A DNA stretch of 64,000 nt from an uncultured Candidatus Saccharibacteria bacterium (GTDB lineage Bacteria; Patescibacteriota; Minisyncoccia; CAIUEV01; JAHKAQ01): the NCBI GenBank assembly GCA_964598205.1, contig CAZRBB010000004.1, positions 2,324-66,323 of the forward strand, in the 5' to 3' direction. The stretch's first letter is position 1. Each line of letters opens with the position of its first letter. The notes under the pieces are model-generated. The model was given only the letters and a program-made list of their open reading frames with translations. It was not told the origin of the DNA and did no database searches. The translations under genes and the position numbers were made by a program. This document shows positions 8,884 through 20,976 of this stretch, in pieces.

Positions 8884-11304
8884 TTAACCACGAAAAATTA
8901 TTTTATTTTTCTTAACAGAAGCCCTGAGGGAGAGAGCGGTGGAGGGATTTTTTTTGATAATGATTTCTGCTAAGGGATTTTCTAAATATTTCTCTGTGTT
9001 TTTTCTTAGAAGGCGAGCACCTTCTTTTTTGTCTAAACTTTTTTCTGCTAAAAATTGGAAAACTTCTGGTTTGATTTTTAACTTTATTTTATTCTTGTTT
9101 AATCTTTGAATAATTTTCTTAATCTCTTTTTGAGCGATTTTTTTAAGATCTTTCTTGGTTAGGGCGTTAAAAACAATAATGTGATCAATTCTGTTTAAAA
9201 GTTCTGGCAAAAATTCTTCTTTAAAATTGGCCAAGGCTGTCTTTTTTTGGGAAGAATCATCTTTTGATTCAGTGCCTTCTTTTCCAAATCCAAGCAAATT
9301 TTTGGTAAAATCTCTGGCTCCCAAATTAGAAGTCATAACGATTAGGGTGTTTTTAAAGTTAACGGCCCGACCGGAAGAATCCGTTAGGAGTCCGTCTTCT
9401 AACACTTGCAAAAGAATGTTAAAAACTTCTGGATGAGCTTTTTCTATTTCATCAAAGAGAATTAAGCTGTAAGGGTTGCGGCGAATCTTGTCTGTTAGCT
9501 TGTTTTCGTCTTCGTAGCCAACATAGCCGGCGGGAGCGCCGATTAGCCTAGAAACATTGTGCTGCTGGGCGAATTCACTCATGTCTATTCGCAAAAAACT
9601 GGCGGGATTTTTGAATAAAATTTGGGCAATGCTTTTGGCTAAATAGGTTTTACCAACTCCGGTTGGCCCTAAGAAAACAAAAGATCCTAAGGGGCGACTA
9701 GGGTCGCCAATGCCACTATAGGATTTTTGGATGGTTTTAATAACGGCTTTTAAGGCCTGATCTTGACCAATAATTCTTTCTTGAAGTTTCTTTTTTAAGA
9801 GGACTATTTCTTGGGGTTTTTTTACTCCGATTTCGGTTAAGGGAATACCGGTTCGTTCGGCGACTATTTCTTGAATATCTTTTTCGGTAACCCGGAGAAA
9901 GGTTAAATCTTCTCTTCTTTTTTGTTCTTTTTTAATGACTCTTAAAATATTTTCTAATTCTTCTTCATCTTTTTTTAATTCTACGGCCAGCGCTAACTTG
10001 TTATCAAAAACCAATCTCTTTTTTAGTTTTTTGATTTTTCTTTTTTGTTCTAAGCATTTTTTTATTTTTTTGGTGGTGTCAAAAGAAATGGCATTAGCTC
10101 TGGCTCTGGCCTGGGCTTCGTCGATTAAGTCGATTGCTTTGTCTGGAAGAAAGCGGTCGTTTAGGTAGCGTTCGCTGAGAGTTGCCGCCGCTTCTAGGGC
10201 TTTTTCGTCTAGGTTAACGCGATGGAATTGTTCGTAACTTTTTTTAATACCTGAAAGAATTTTTTTTACTTCTATCCCTTGGGGTTCTTTAACATTGACT
10301 GGCTGGAAGCGTCTTTCTAGGGCGGCGTCTTTTTCTATGTAACGGCGGTATTCGTCGAATGTAGTGGCGCCAATCAATTTTAATTTTCCTTTGGCCAAGG
10401 CTGGCTTTAACATATTGGCTGCATCTAAGCTTCCTTGAGCGCTACCGGCTCCTATTAGGTTATGAATTTCGTCTATAAATAAAATAATATCTTTGTTGGA
10501 TGAGGCGTATTGAACAACTTCTTTCATTCTTTGTTCAAATTCTCCGCGGAAAGTGGTACCAGAAAGGAGTAGGCCTAAGTCTAATTCGTAAATTTGTTTT
10601 TCGCTCATTGCTCCAGGAACTTCTCCTTTATTGATTCTCTGGGCTAAGGCGGCAACAACGGCCGTTTTACCTACGCCTGGCTCGCCAATAAGCACCGGAT
10701 TATTTTTGCTTCTTCTTAGTAAAATATTGATTAAGCGGTCTGCTTCTTTTTCCCGACCAATAATTGGATGAGTATTTTCTTCTTGATTTTCTAGGTTTAA
10801 ATTAACAGCAAATTTTTCTAAGGGATTGTTTTTAAGTGATCTTTTATTTTTAGAAGTGATGCCAAGGTGCATAGAATGAAGGAAGTCTGGCAAGCGGCCA
10901 AAACCTTCTGGGTTAGAAAGGGGGCGAAAAGAATTATTTAAAATATTTTTAGAAAAAAATTCTTCTACTTCTGGCTCTTTTGATTTGATTACGGCATGAA
11001 CTAAATGTTCGGTGCCGATGTAGGGGTAATGATATTGGGCAGCGATTTTAACTGCAGTGGCTAAAATAGTTTTTAGAGCGAAAGAGAAGGGAAGGTCTTT
11101 GGTTGCGTTAGAATCTTGGTCAAAATCAATTAAAGGTTCCTTCTTAATACCTAGTTCTCTTAGAATATTTTCTCCGACACTGCCTTTTTCGGCGGCGATG
11201 CCCAAAATTAAATGTTTAACTAGAATTTCTTTTGATATTTCTTGAGTGGCAAAATAACGCGCTCGGTCCAGTGACCGTTTGGCGTGCTTGGTGAACTTGT
11301 TCAT
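8884..11304 (-). CDS. clpC: ATP-dependent Clp protease ATP-binding subunit
   Basis: Clp N-domain, GEPGVGKT, GPTGVGKT, RIDMSEF, GYVGY. Confidence 0.92.
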   Translation of the reverse strand: MNKFTKHAKRSLDRARYFATQEISKEILVKHLILGIAAEKGSVGENILRELGIKKEPLIDFDQDSNATKDLPFSFALKTILATAVKIAAQYHYPYIGTEHLVHAVIKSKEPEVEEFFSKNILNNSFRPLSNPEGFGRLPDFLHSMHLGITSKNKRSLKNNPLEKFAVNLNLENQEENTHPIIGREKEADRLINILLRRSKNNPVLIGEPGVGKTAVVAALAQRINKGEVPGAMSEKQIYELDLGLLLSGTTFRGEFEQRMKEVVQYASSNKDIILFIDEIHNLIGAGSAQGSLDAANMLKPALAKGKLKLIGATTFDEYRRYIEKDAALERRFQPVNVKEPQGIEVKKILSGIKKSYEQFHRVNLDEKALEAAATLSERYLNDRFLPDKAIDLIDEAQARARANAISFDTTKKIKKCLEQKRKIKKLKKRLVFDNKLALAVELKKDEEELENILRVIKKEQKRREDLTFLRVTEKDIQEIVAERTGIPLTEIGVKKPQEIVLLKKKLQERIIGQDQALKAVIKTIQKSYSGIGDPSRPLGSFVFLGPTGVGKTYLAKSIAQILFKNPASFLRIDMSEFAQQHNVSRLIGAPAGYVGYEDENKLTDKIRRNPYSLILFDEIEKAHPEVFNILLQVLEDGLLTDSSGRAVNFKNTLIVMTSNLGARDFTKNLLGFGKEGTESKDDSSQKKTALANFKEEFLPELLNRIDHIIVFNALTKKDLKKIAQKEIKKIIQRLNKNKIKLKIKPEVFQFLAEKSLDKKEGARLLRKNTEKYLENPLAEIIIKKNPSTALSLRASVKKNKIIFRG

Positions 11305-11421
11305 TAAATATTGTCCGCGGGTTTCCATGGGGATAATTAAAATCAATTTATCTTAACGGAAAAAAGCAGTCTGTCCAGCTATAATTCAATTACGAATGAC
11401 GAATTTTGAATTTCGATTCGC

Positions 11422-11649
11422 AGCTTTTCAGAAATGATGTTCTTAGAGGAGGCTCCTTGTTCCCGTCACACAGAAAGAGATTAGAGGAATAACTGTTCCA
11501 AGCAGAAACAACTCAATTCTGTTTGGAACAGTTATTCCTCTAATCTCTAAAGCCTTAAGCTTTTTAGACAAAGTAGAGCAGGAACAAGGTGGAGTGAGGC
11601 CCGGTCGAGGCCGAGCGTACTCCGAGAAGAACATAGTTTCTGAAAAGCT
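11422..11649. repeat. Repeat family A copy 1 (reverse orientation) with inner hairpin 11476-11548
   Basis: gaggaggctccttgttccc...ggaacaaggtggagtgaggcccggtcgaggccgagcgtactcc; outer stem agcttttcagaaa/tttctgaaaagct. Confidence 0.9.
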
Positions 11650-11772
11650 TATTTAGTAATTAGTCATCTGCAATTGAGTTATAAGCTGGCATCTTTTTTA
11701 TTGTTTATGATATAGTAGGATAAATTTGACTGATCGATGGGAAATAAAGAAAATAAATATTAAAAATAAAAG

Positions 11773-12408
11773 ATGAAGAAAAGAAGTTGTTGGGCAGGGG
11801 TCGCTGTAGGCGGACTGCTCCTAACTCTTCCTTTTTTGGCTCAGGCAAAAGATTCTGGAAGTGGTACAAAAATGAAGCTTAAAAACGCCAAGGTAATCCA
11901 AGTGCTTTCGGAACAGGGAATGGTTGTGGTTCAAAAGTCGGGCGGAGTTTACAACATTGCCTTGGGCTTGGCCGATCCAGACAAGACCGAACTTTTAAGC
12001 AAATACGGAATCATGGTTGATCCTTTTAAGCTGGAATCTGGCGATCATCTTACTTGCCGAGGAAGACGCTTTCCCAGCTACTTTATTCCTTCTAAATGTA
12101 AGATAGAGGAGGGATCTCAAAAAGATCTTTATAAAAAAGATAAAGGAGTAATGGTGGCCGATGTTTATGCCGCTGAAGATGGCTATATCTATGCAGCTCA
12201 TAGTTTAAACAAAACGAACCTAACTACCATTAAACAAGGGAAGTCTAAGATAACTTATAAAGGAGAGAATCGATCGTTAAGCAAATTAACTCCTTACTGG
12301 AGATTAAAAGTAAAAGGAGAATGGGATAAAGATCAGAACATGTTAAGAAAGGTTGATTACATTAAGATTACAGCGAAGCACAAGAACGAAACTCCTTACG
12401 GATACTAA
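11773..12408 (+). CDS. Secreted hypothetical protein
   Basis: Signal peptide ending AQA; beta-rich, Lys-rich. Confidence 0.6.
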   Translation: MKKRSCWAGVAVGGLLLTLPFLAQAKDSGSGTKMKLKNAKVIQVLSEQGMVVVQKSGGVYNIALGLADPDKTELLSKYGIMVDPFKLESGDHLTCRGRRFPSYFIPSKCKIEEGSQKDLYKKDKGVMVADVYAAEDGYIYAAHSLNKTNLTTIKQGKSKITYKGENRSLSKLTPYWRLKVKGEWDKDQNMLRKVDYIKITAKHKNETPYGY

Positions 12409-12473
12409 TCCTTTTGACTTTTTGGGCTGAGGCTTTTAACATTACCGTGTTAGTTAATTTTTAAATAAAAAAA

Positions 12474-12692
12474 ATGGCAGAAGATATTTCTAAACAAGAT
12501 TCCCAAGAAGAAACAACCGTGGTGTTTGATTTAGACGCTTGCACTCGTTGCATGGCGTGCGTGGCTAACTGTCCCACTAAATGTTTAGAGGAAGTAGATG
12601 GCGATCCGGTTCAAACCAAGCCCAAGGATTGTATTCGCTGTGGGACTTGCGAAGCGACTTGTTCGGTAGAAGCGGTAAAACTTAAATCCTAG
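12474..12692 (+). CDS. 2x[4Fe-4S] ferredoxin
   Basis: CTRCMACVANCP and CIRCGTCEATC. Confidence 0.93.
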   Translation: MAEDISKQDSQEETTVVFDLDACTRCMACVANCPTKCLEEVDGDPVQTKPKDCIRCGTCEATCSVEAVKLKS

Positions 12693-12696
12693 TAGC

Positions 12697-12815
12697 GGAT
12701 CTACGCATTTGGCACATTTCTTCGTTAAAACCAAACTTACTCGCTCACCGTAACCTAATTACGCTTCGCTCGTTCGTTTGGTTTTGCCTTGAACTGCGCT
12801 CAAATGCGTAAATCC
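12697..12815. repeat. Repeat family B copy 1
   Basis: catttcttcgttaaaacc...cgtaac...ttacgcttcgctcg...ggttttgccttgaactg within outer stem ggatctacgcatttg/caaatgcgtaaatcc. Confidence 0.85.
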
Positions 12816-12844
12816 TGGTTTGTTCTCTATATTAAATTTATTTT

Positions 12845-12871
12845 TTAGCACTCGTCCTTGACGAGTGCTAA
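12845..12871 (+). promoter_or_regulatory. CIRCE element (HrcA operator)
   Basis: Perfect TTAGCACTC-N9-GAGTGCTAA upstream of groEL. Confidence 0.97.
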
Positions 12872-12900
12872 ATTTTTTTGCTACATTTTTAGTGCAATAA

Positions 12901-14574
<1,674 letters not shown>

Positions 14575-14598
14575 TTTTTTCCAAGAAAGTTTTAGGAT

Positions 14599-14631
14599 AA
14601 AAAAGAAGCCGGTAAAACGGCTTCTTTTTTT
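14599..14631 (+). terminator. Rho-independent terminator
   Basis: aagaagccg-gtaaaa-cggcttctt followed by a T run, after groEL. Confidence 0.85.
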
Positions 14632-14672
14632 ATGTTGAATTACTAATTTTGAGTAATGGTTTAAGAAAGATT

Positions 14673-14816
14673 TTTCCCAAGCCAATATTCTTCCTGGAGT
14701 ACGCTCGGTCTTGATCGGGCCTCGCTCCGCCTTGTTCCTGCTTTGCTTTACCTAAAAAGCTTGGAGTTTAATAGGCGGGAACAAGGAGCCTCCTCTAAGA
14801 ATATTGGCTTGGGAAA
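14673..14816. repeat. Repeat family A copy 2
   Basis: Core ggagtacgctcgg...ccttgttcc...gggaacaaggagcctcct; outer stem cccaagccaatattctt/aagaatattggcttggg. Confidence 0.9.
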
Positions 14817-14851
14817 GTTAGTAGTTTTATAATTCGCAATCCGTAATTGTT

Positions 14852-15934
14852 CTAGAGGTCTTCTCTGGTTTTAATGTATTCAATTGCGGATTCAAAAGCT
14901 TCAAAGCTGTTGGCGATTACAATTTTATCTCGCATAACAATGTAGTTTAGTGAAACGGAGCCGTCGTTTAAGAAATTAATATAGCGACCACCTGGATATT
15001 TACTGCTGCTAGTAAATGTTTTATTTTTAGCGTTGGCAATAAAGTCGTAGTCTTCTCCTAAAAGAAGGAAGCTTTTTAGATCTTCCGATAAATAATTTTC
15101 CCAACGCTTCATAACTTCTTCGGTTTTTTTGTAATCGGAAAAGTTTGATTCTAGAATCAAAACTGTTTTGGGATTTTTACTAGAAAAAGTGAGATTCATA
15201 AAAAAATAATATTTAGAAGTAACAATTTCGTTTACATAATAGGGGATGGTTATCTTTGATCTTTCTGCAAAACGGGCCAAGGAAAGCCGATCGATGTTTT
15301 TGTCGTAGAAATTGAATTCTGTTTCCTGGTTTTTTATTTCGGCAAAGTAATCTTCTAATAGACGATTAATATCGGCTCCTTCTTCTAGAGAAATATTTTT
15401 TTGAGTGGCGGTGTTTTCTGGAAGTTTTTTATTGGGATCTACTGGATCGGTCGGCTTTTCTACTGGATCGGTCGGCTTTTCTGGGGGATCAGTGGGTTTT
15501 TCTGCTGGATCAGTGGGATTTTCTTTAGGATTGACTGGAGTAACCGGATCTTTCTGTTTATTTTTAGTAACCAAAAAAAGAATTATGGCCGTTAGAAAAA
15601 TTCCACCAACAATAAGGCCACCAATGGTGATAATTTTTTTAGTTTCTGAATCTCCTTCGGGAATTTCTTCTAATTCAGGGAATTCTTTAAGATTTATAAA
15701 TTGGTTTTTATCTCTACTGTTGGGACTATTTGCTTTTTTAATATCCGAAGAAGTAGGTGAAGAAGGTCCATAACCGTAAGAAGAAGATTCTGATCCAGGC
15801 ATAGCAGTAGCTATTGGAGGAGCTTGATTGATTACTGGTGAAGGCGCTGGGGTAGTTGGTGGTCGAAAAGCCGGATCAACTGGAGTAAAATCTTGTTGAT
15901 TGTTGGGATTGATTGATGGATCGACGGGGGGCAT
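14852..15934 (-). CDS. Single-pass membrane protein with Pro-rich N-terminus and EKPTDP repeats
   Basis: One TM helix; 21-bp tandem repeats at about 15435-15532. Confidence 0.7.
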   Translation of the reverse strand: MPPVDPSINPNNQQDFTPVDPAFRPPTTPAPSPVINQAPPIATAMPGSESSSYGYGPSSPTSSDIKKANSPNSRDKNQFINLKEFPELEEIPEGDSETKKIITIGGLIVGGIFLTAIILFLVTKNKQKDPVTPVNPKENPTDPAEKPTDPPEKPTDPVEKPTDPVDPNKKLPENTATQKNISLEEGADINRLLEDYFAEIKNQETEFNFYDKNIDRLSLARFAERSKITIPYYVNEIVTSKYYFFMNLTFSSKNPKTVLILESNFSDYKKTEEVMKRWENYLSEDLKSFLLLGEDYDFIANAKNKTFTSSSKYPGGRYINFLNDGSVSLNYIVMRDKIVIANSFEAFESAIEYIKTREDL

Positions 15935-16016
15935 TTTATTTTTATTTAAGCCAAGTGAATCCAAAGAAAAAAACAACTTTCTTGATTATAAATTTTTTAG
16001 GAATTAAAAGCCAGCT

Positions 16017-16110
16017 TATGAATTACGAATTTTGAATTTCGAATTTCGAAATAATTTGGAAAGTAGAATTTTTAAATTTATTTGAAATTAAAAATTCTTT
16101 ATTCATAATT
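16017..16110. repeat. Heptamer-arm palindrome (family C)
   Basis: ttatgaattacgaattttgaatttcgaatttcg...aaattc/ttcataatt. Confidence 0.7.
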
Positions 16111-16155
16111 TTTGTGCTATTCTTTGAGGAAGATAGTAGTTTTACAAAAATAAAA

Positions 16156-17907
16156 ATGCCAAAAACAAATGATCAGTTGGCGCAGTTTCTTTTAGATTCT
16201 GGACTAGTAACCAAAACAGAGATAGAAGAAGCTCAAAAGGCGGTCCCTAGTAAAAAGTGGGCTCAATTTTTGGTGGAAAAAAAAATAATTAGCGATGAAC
16301 AGTTGCATAAAGCCTATGCTTATGTGAATGGTATTCCTTATGTAGATTTGGAGAATGTTCTTATTTCTAAAGAAGTTTTGCGAGTTATTCCAGAGTCTAT
16401 TGCTAGAAAAAACAATATTGTTGCTTTTCAGAAAGAAGATGGTCGCTTGAAGGTGGCAATGCTTGATCCCGACAATCTTCCAGTAATTGATTTTATTAGA
16501 AAGAAAACGGAATTTAAAATAATTCCTTGTCTTACTTCTCAAAAATCAATCGCTAAGGTTCTAAATCAATACCAAAAATCATTGCAGGCTGAATTTGGAG
16601 AAATTATTGAAAAGAATTCCCAAACGGCTTTGATTAAAAATGGTGGTAGCAGTGAAGATGATTTAAAAAAGGCAGCGGCTGATCTGCCGGTGGTTAAGAT
16701 TGTGAATACTTTGATTAAACACGCTATTCTGCAGTTGGCGAGTGATATCCACATTGAACCATTAGAAGAAGGAATGATTGTGCGTTACCGAATTGACGGA
16801 ATATTGCACGATACAATGAATTTATCTAAAGAGATTTTACCGTTTATTGTGGCAAGAATTAAAGTTCTAGCTAACTTAAAATTAGACGAACATCGTTTAC
16901 CTCAAGATGGTCGGTTTAAAATGGCCGAAGAAAACGCCGATATTTCTTTTCGGGTTTCTATTCTTCCGGTATATGGAGGAGAGAAGGTGGTGATGCGGGT
17001 ATTAGATGAATCATCAAAGGGACTTACCTTGGAACAAATGGGAATGGATGGAAAAGCTTTGGAAGCGGTGCAGGTGGCTTTTCGAAGACCTAATGGAATG
17101 ATTCTAGTTTCTGGACCAACAGGAAGCGGTAAAACGACCACGCTTTACACCGTATTAGATATTCTTAATTCCCGAGAAGTAAATATTAGCACCGTGGAGG
17201 ATCCGATTGAATACCGAATGCCAGGAGTTAATCAAACACAAGTAATGGCTAAGATTGGATTAACTTTTTCGGCGGGATTGCGATCACTTTTGCGCCAAGA
17301 TCCGGATATTATTATGGTGGGGGAAATTCGGGATGCAGAAACTGCGGAAATAGCGGCTCATGCAGCAATGACTGGTCACTTGGTGCTTTCCACTATTCAC
17401 ACCAATTCGGCGGCGGCTTCCTTGCCTCGCTTAATAGATATGGGAGTAGAGCCTTTTTTGGTAGCCACAACGCTAAATGTGGTAATTGCCCAACGCTTGG
17501 TTAGAAAAATCTGTCCAAACTGCCAGGAAAATTATCGTTTAGACAAAGATCAACTAAATTCCCTTTCTCAAATGGCGGACTTGAATCAACTAATTACTTT
17601 TTTAAAGAAAGATCCTCGTTCGGCTAAAGAAGCGGCTAAAATGAAAAATCTTACCAGTATTGACTTTCGACATGGGAAAGGTTGTGAGCGTTGTAATCAA
17701 ACGGGTTATAAGGGGCGAGCGGGAGTTTTTGAAGTACTAGAAGTGGACGATGAAATTGCGAAAATGATTTCTAAGGGACAGAACTCGCTAGACATTGAAA
17801 CGCGGGCACGGGAAAAAGGAATGCGAACAATGTTTGAAGACGGATTCTTAAAGGCGATTCTAGGAATCACTACCATAGAAGAAGTATTAAGAGTGACAAG
17901 GGAATAG
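16156..17907 (+). CDS. pilB: Type IV pilus assembly ATPase (GspE/PilB), cluster 1
   Basis: ASDIHIEP, GPTGSGKTTT, LRQDPD, CPNC/CERC. Confidence 0.95.
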   Translation: MPKTNDQLAQFLLDSGLVTKTEIEEAQKAVPSKKWAQFLVEKKIISDEQLHKAYAYVNGIPYVDLENVLISKEVLRVIPESIARKNNIVAFQKEDGRLKVAMLDPDNLPVIDFIRKKTEFKIIPCLTSQKSIAKVLNQYQKSLQAEFGEIIEKNSQTALIKNGGSSEDDLKKAAADLPVVKIVNTLIKHAILQLASDIHIEPLEEGMIVRYRIDGILHDTMNLSKEILPFIVARIKVLANLKLDEHRLPQDGRFKMAEENADISFRVSILPVYGGEKVVMRVLDESSKGLTLEQMGMDGKALEAVQVAFRRPNGMILVSGPTGSGKTTTLYTVLDILNSREVNISTVEDPIEYRMPGVNQTQVMAKIGLTFSAGLRSLLRQDPDIIMVGEIRDAETAEIAAHAAMTGHLVLSTIHTNSAAASLPRLIDMGVEPFLVATTLNVVIAQRLVRKICPNCQENYRLDKDQLNSLSQMADLNQLITFLKKDPRSAKEAAKMKNLTSIDFRHGKGCERCNQTGYKGRAGVFEVLEVDDEIAKMISKGQNSLDIETRAREKGMRTMFEDGFLKAILGITTIEEVLRVTRE

Positions 17908-17977
17908 CTTGCTTGGGATTTACGCGTTTGATGCATTTTTTTAATGTGCAAATCTCCATTATTATTAATTTTTTACG

Positions 17978-19192
17978 GTGCCACTTTATTTGTACCAAGC
18001 CATTAATAAAAAGGGTGTTCGGAGTTCTGGCTTTTTAAAGGCGGAAAGAGAAAGAGATTTGGCTTGGCAACTTAAAAAGGATGGTTTAACGCCAATAAAG
18101 ATAGAGCTGAGGGGAGTCAAAGAAGGAAAAAGTTTTTTTAGTTTTTCTTTTGGTTCGGTTCCTTTGGTGGAAAAGTTAATGTTTACGCGCCATTTAGGAG
18201 TAATGATTAAGGGTGGAGTGAGTTTACCAGAGGCAATTTCGGTTTTGGCTGGGCAGGCTGAGTCAGCGGTTTTTAGCAAAGTCTTAAAAGAGGTTTTGGA
18301 AAGTGTTAAAAAAGGGATTCCGCTTCACGAGGCGCTGGCCATGCATCCTAAAGTTTTCTCCAAGATTTTTATAAGCATGGTGGAAATAGGAGAGGCATTG
18401 GGGAATTTGGAAGAAGCGTTGAATCTTTTGGCGCGAGAAATGAAAAAGGAGCATGAATTAAGGAGTAAAATAAAGGGGGCAATGATGTATCCAATGGTGG
18501 TGTTTTTTGCAATGATTGTGATTGGAATGATAATGATGGTAGTGGTGATTCCTAAGCTTACTAAAATTTTTACCGATTTGGATGTGGAGTTACCGGCAAC
18601 TACCCAATTCATTGTTAATGTTTCTGATTTCCTAAGGAATCATACTTTGCTTTTTATTTTTGGCTTTTTGGCTTTTATTTTTTTAATGCGACTGGTGATA
18701 AAAAGTCGCTTGGGAGGTCGATTGGTAGATTGGTTAATTTTAAAAACGCCTTTTATTAAAGGAATCGCTACCGAAATTAATTCGGCTCAATTTTGCCGAT
18801 CTCTTTCTTCCATGTTGGCTGGCGGTGTGCCAATAGTGCGGGCGTTAGAAATAATTTCTTCTTCGGTGAATAATGTTTTTTACCAGGAGGCGATTAAAAA
18901 AGCGTCTCAAGAAGTACGGAAAGGAGTGGCGCTAAATTCCGTTCTAGCTGAAAATTCAGGGATTTTTCCTACTCTAGTGACTCAGATGGTACGGGTAGGC
19001 GAAGAAACGGGGATGAGTGCTGATATTTTAAAACAATTGGCGGAGTTTTACGAAGAAGAAGTAGACACAATTACCAAGAGCTTGTCTTCTATTATGGAGC
19101 CGGTGTTAATGATTGTAATGGGGGCGGCGGTGGGCTTCTTTGCTATTTCCATGTTACAGCCAATGTATTCGATTATGAATGAAGTAGGATAG
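17978..19192 (+). CDS. pilC: Type IV pilus platform protein (GspF/PilC)
   Basis: AMMYP, VGEETG, EP motifs; three TM. Confidence 0.93.
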   Translation: MPLYLYQAINKKGVRSSGFLKAERERDLAWQLKKDGLTPIKIELRGVKEGKSFFSFSFGSVPLVEKLMFTRHLGVMIKGGVSLPEAISVLAGQAESAVFSKVLKEVLESVKKGIPLHEALAMHPKVFSKIFISMVEIGEALGNLEEALNLLAREMKKEHELRSKIKGAMMYPMVVFFAMIVIGMIMMVVVIPKLTKIFTDLDVELPATTQFIVNVSDFLRNHTLLFIFGFLAFIFLMRLVIKSRLGGRLVDWLILKTPFIKGIATEINSAQFCRSLSSMLAGGVPIVRALEIISSSVNNVFYQEAIKKASQEVRKGVALNSVLAENSGIFPTLVTQMVRVGEETGMSADILKQLAEFYEEEVDTITKSLSSIMEPVLMIVMGAAVGFFAISMLQPMYSIMNEVG

Positions 19193-19227
19193 CCTTAATT
19201 TTGAATTACGAATTTTGAATTTCGAAA

Positions 19228-19383
19228 TAGAACTTTTGTGAACCAATGTCCTTTTCGGAGTACGCTCGCCCTCGACCATGGCTCGCTCCACCTTGTTCCT
19301 GTTTTCCTTTGTCTAAAAAGCTTAGGGTTCAGTAGGCGGGAACAAGGAGACTCCTCTAAGAACATTGGTTCACAAAAGTTCTA
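19228..19383. repeat. Repeat family A copy 3
   Basis: Outer stem tagaacttttgtgaaccaatgt/acattggttcacaaaagttcta. Confidence 0.9.
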
Positions 19384-19405
19384 AATTCAAAATTAATTAA
19401 AAAGA

Positions 19406-20746
19406 TTGTCTAAATTTTTGAAATCAAAAAATAGGGGAGTAACGCTTATAGAATCATTAGTAGCGGTAATGTTGTTGTCTTTGGTAAGTGTTACTTTCTA
19501 CGAAATGTTTCTTTTAGCTGGAAGGTTAACTGCTGATTCCAAAACAAGAATGATGGCGGTTTATTTGGCGAACGAAGAAATGGAAATTTTAAAATCAATG
19601 GCTTATTCCAAAATAGGGACACAGGGCGGTGTTCCGGCGGGAACGATTCTGCAGTCTAGAAATATTTCTAAGGGTGGTTATAATTTTTTAGTGAAAACAG
19701 AAGTAAAATTTTCGGATGATCCGTTGGATGGTGTTTTTCCAGCAGACAATACGCCTTCAGATTTTAAAACGGTGCGGCTAGAAGTTTCTTGGCCTAGTCA
19801 TTTTAAACAGAAGCAAGCAGTTTTGGTTTCTAGCATTTATCCAGAAACACCAGAGCAAGAGGAGGGTGGTGGAGTATTAAGTTTTAATGCAATCAATTTT
19901 GAAGGGTTGGGAATTGCTGGTTGTGATGTAGAAATAAAAAATGAAGAAATAGCACCCCCAGTGGCGATTAATACTCGGACCGATGATGGGGGAAATGTTT
20001 TACTTTTAGGTCTTTCGGCTTCTCAAAATGGTTACGAGATAAAACTTAATTGTTCTGGAATGGAGGAAATCAGAACATTGCCACCGTATCCGGAATCGGT
20101 TTTTCGGCCAGTGAACGAGCATGCAACGGTAGTTCTTGGTTCTTTGAATTTAAAAACAATAGAGGCAAATCAGCTTGGTAATTTAAAGCTGATTTTTAAA
20201 GACGAAAAAGGAGCTTTGATTTCTGGATTAGATACTGGTCTTTCTGGCGGAAGAATAGAAGGCTACACAGTGGCGGCAGATCCCTTGCCGGTTTATGTTT
20301 TTTCTGACGAATCAATACTAACTAACGGGGTGGGAGAAGTGGAGCTTGAAGAAGCGAGTGGTGGAAATTATTTTTTAACAATCAATGATCTTAATTCGGA
20401 ATTAGTCAGAGCAAGCGTTGACCTTCCTCTGGTTTTAACTCCGGGGAGTGAGCTGGAAGCAAATTTTACCGTGGTTAAAAAAACTCTAGATTCTTTATTG
20501 GTGTCGGCGCTAGACAGTGTTACCAAGGAACCGATTGGTGATATTTTAGTGACTGTGAAAAAAGGAGAGGATTATAATCAATCGATTGTTACAGATTTTT
20601 CTGGTAAGGCGTTTTTTTGGGAAGAGAATATGGCCGAAGGAGAATATCAGATAGAAGTCAATGCTGCTGAGTACCAACCGTATACGGGAACAGTTGCTTT
20701 GGAAAGATTAACCAAGAAGGATGTTTTCTTGGAAAGAATACCTTAG
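19406..20746 (+). CDS. Large minor pilin with C-terminal beta-sandwich domains
   Basis: KNRG/VTLIE prepilin motif plus hydrophobic helix. Confidence 0.8.
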   Translation: MSKFLKSKNRGVTLIESLVAVMLLSLVSVTFYEMFLLAGRLTADSKTRMMAVYLANEEMEILKSMAYSKIGTQGGVPAGTILQSRNISKGGYNFLVKTEVKFSDDPLDGVFPADNTPSDFKTVRLEVSWPSHFKQKQAVLVSSIYPETPEQEEGGGVLSFNAINFEGLGIAGCDVEIKNEEIAPPVAINTRTDDGGNVLLLGLSASQNGYEIKLNCSGMEEIRTLPPYPESVFRPVNEHATVVLGSLNLKTIEANQLGNLKLIFKDEKGALISGLDTGLSGGRIEGYTVAADPLPVYVFSDESILTNGVGEVELEEASGGNYFLTINDLNSELVRASVDLPLVLTPGSELEANFTVVKKTLDSLLVSALDSVTKEPIGDILVTVKKGEDYNQSIVTDFSGKAFFWEENMAEGEYQIEVNAAEYQPYTGTVALERLTKKDVFLERIP

Positions 20747-20773
20747 GGAATAATTATGAATTTTGAGTTTTGA

Positions 20774-20927
20774 AATTTTTTACAGAACCAATGTCCTTTT
20801 CGGAGTACGCTCGCCCTCGACCATGGCTCGCTCCACCTTGTTCCTGTTTTCCTTTGTCTAAAAAGCTTAGGGTTCAGTAGGCGGGAACAAGGAGCCTCCT
20901 CTAAGAACATTGGTTCTGTAAAAAATT
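20774..20927. repeat. Repeat family A copy 4
   Basis: Core nearly identical to copy 3; outer stem ttttacagaaccaatgt/acattggttctgtaaaa. Confidence 0.9.
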
Positions 20928-20976
20928 ATTAAAAGTCCGGTTTATAAAATTGACTAATAATTTTTAATTCAGAGTA

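Noticed and set aside
11443-11634. Short ORFs over family A (also 31305, 31315, 36356, 40229, 40263, 43838)
   Set aside because: They are translations of the repeat; frames are not conserved between copies
15435-15532. 21-bp tandem repeat as a DNA element
   Set aside because: Encodes an ordinary EKPTDP linker with third-position variation
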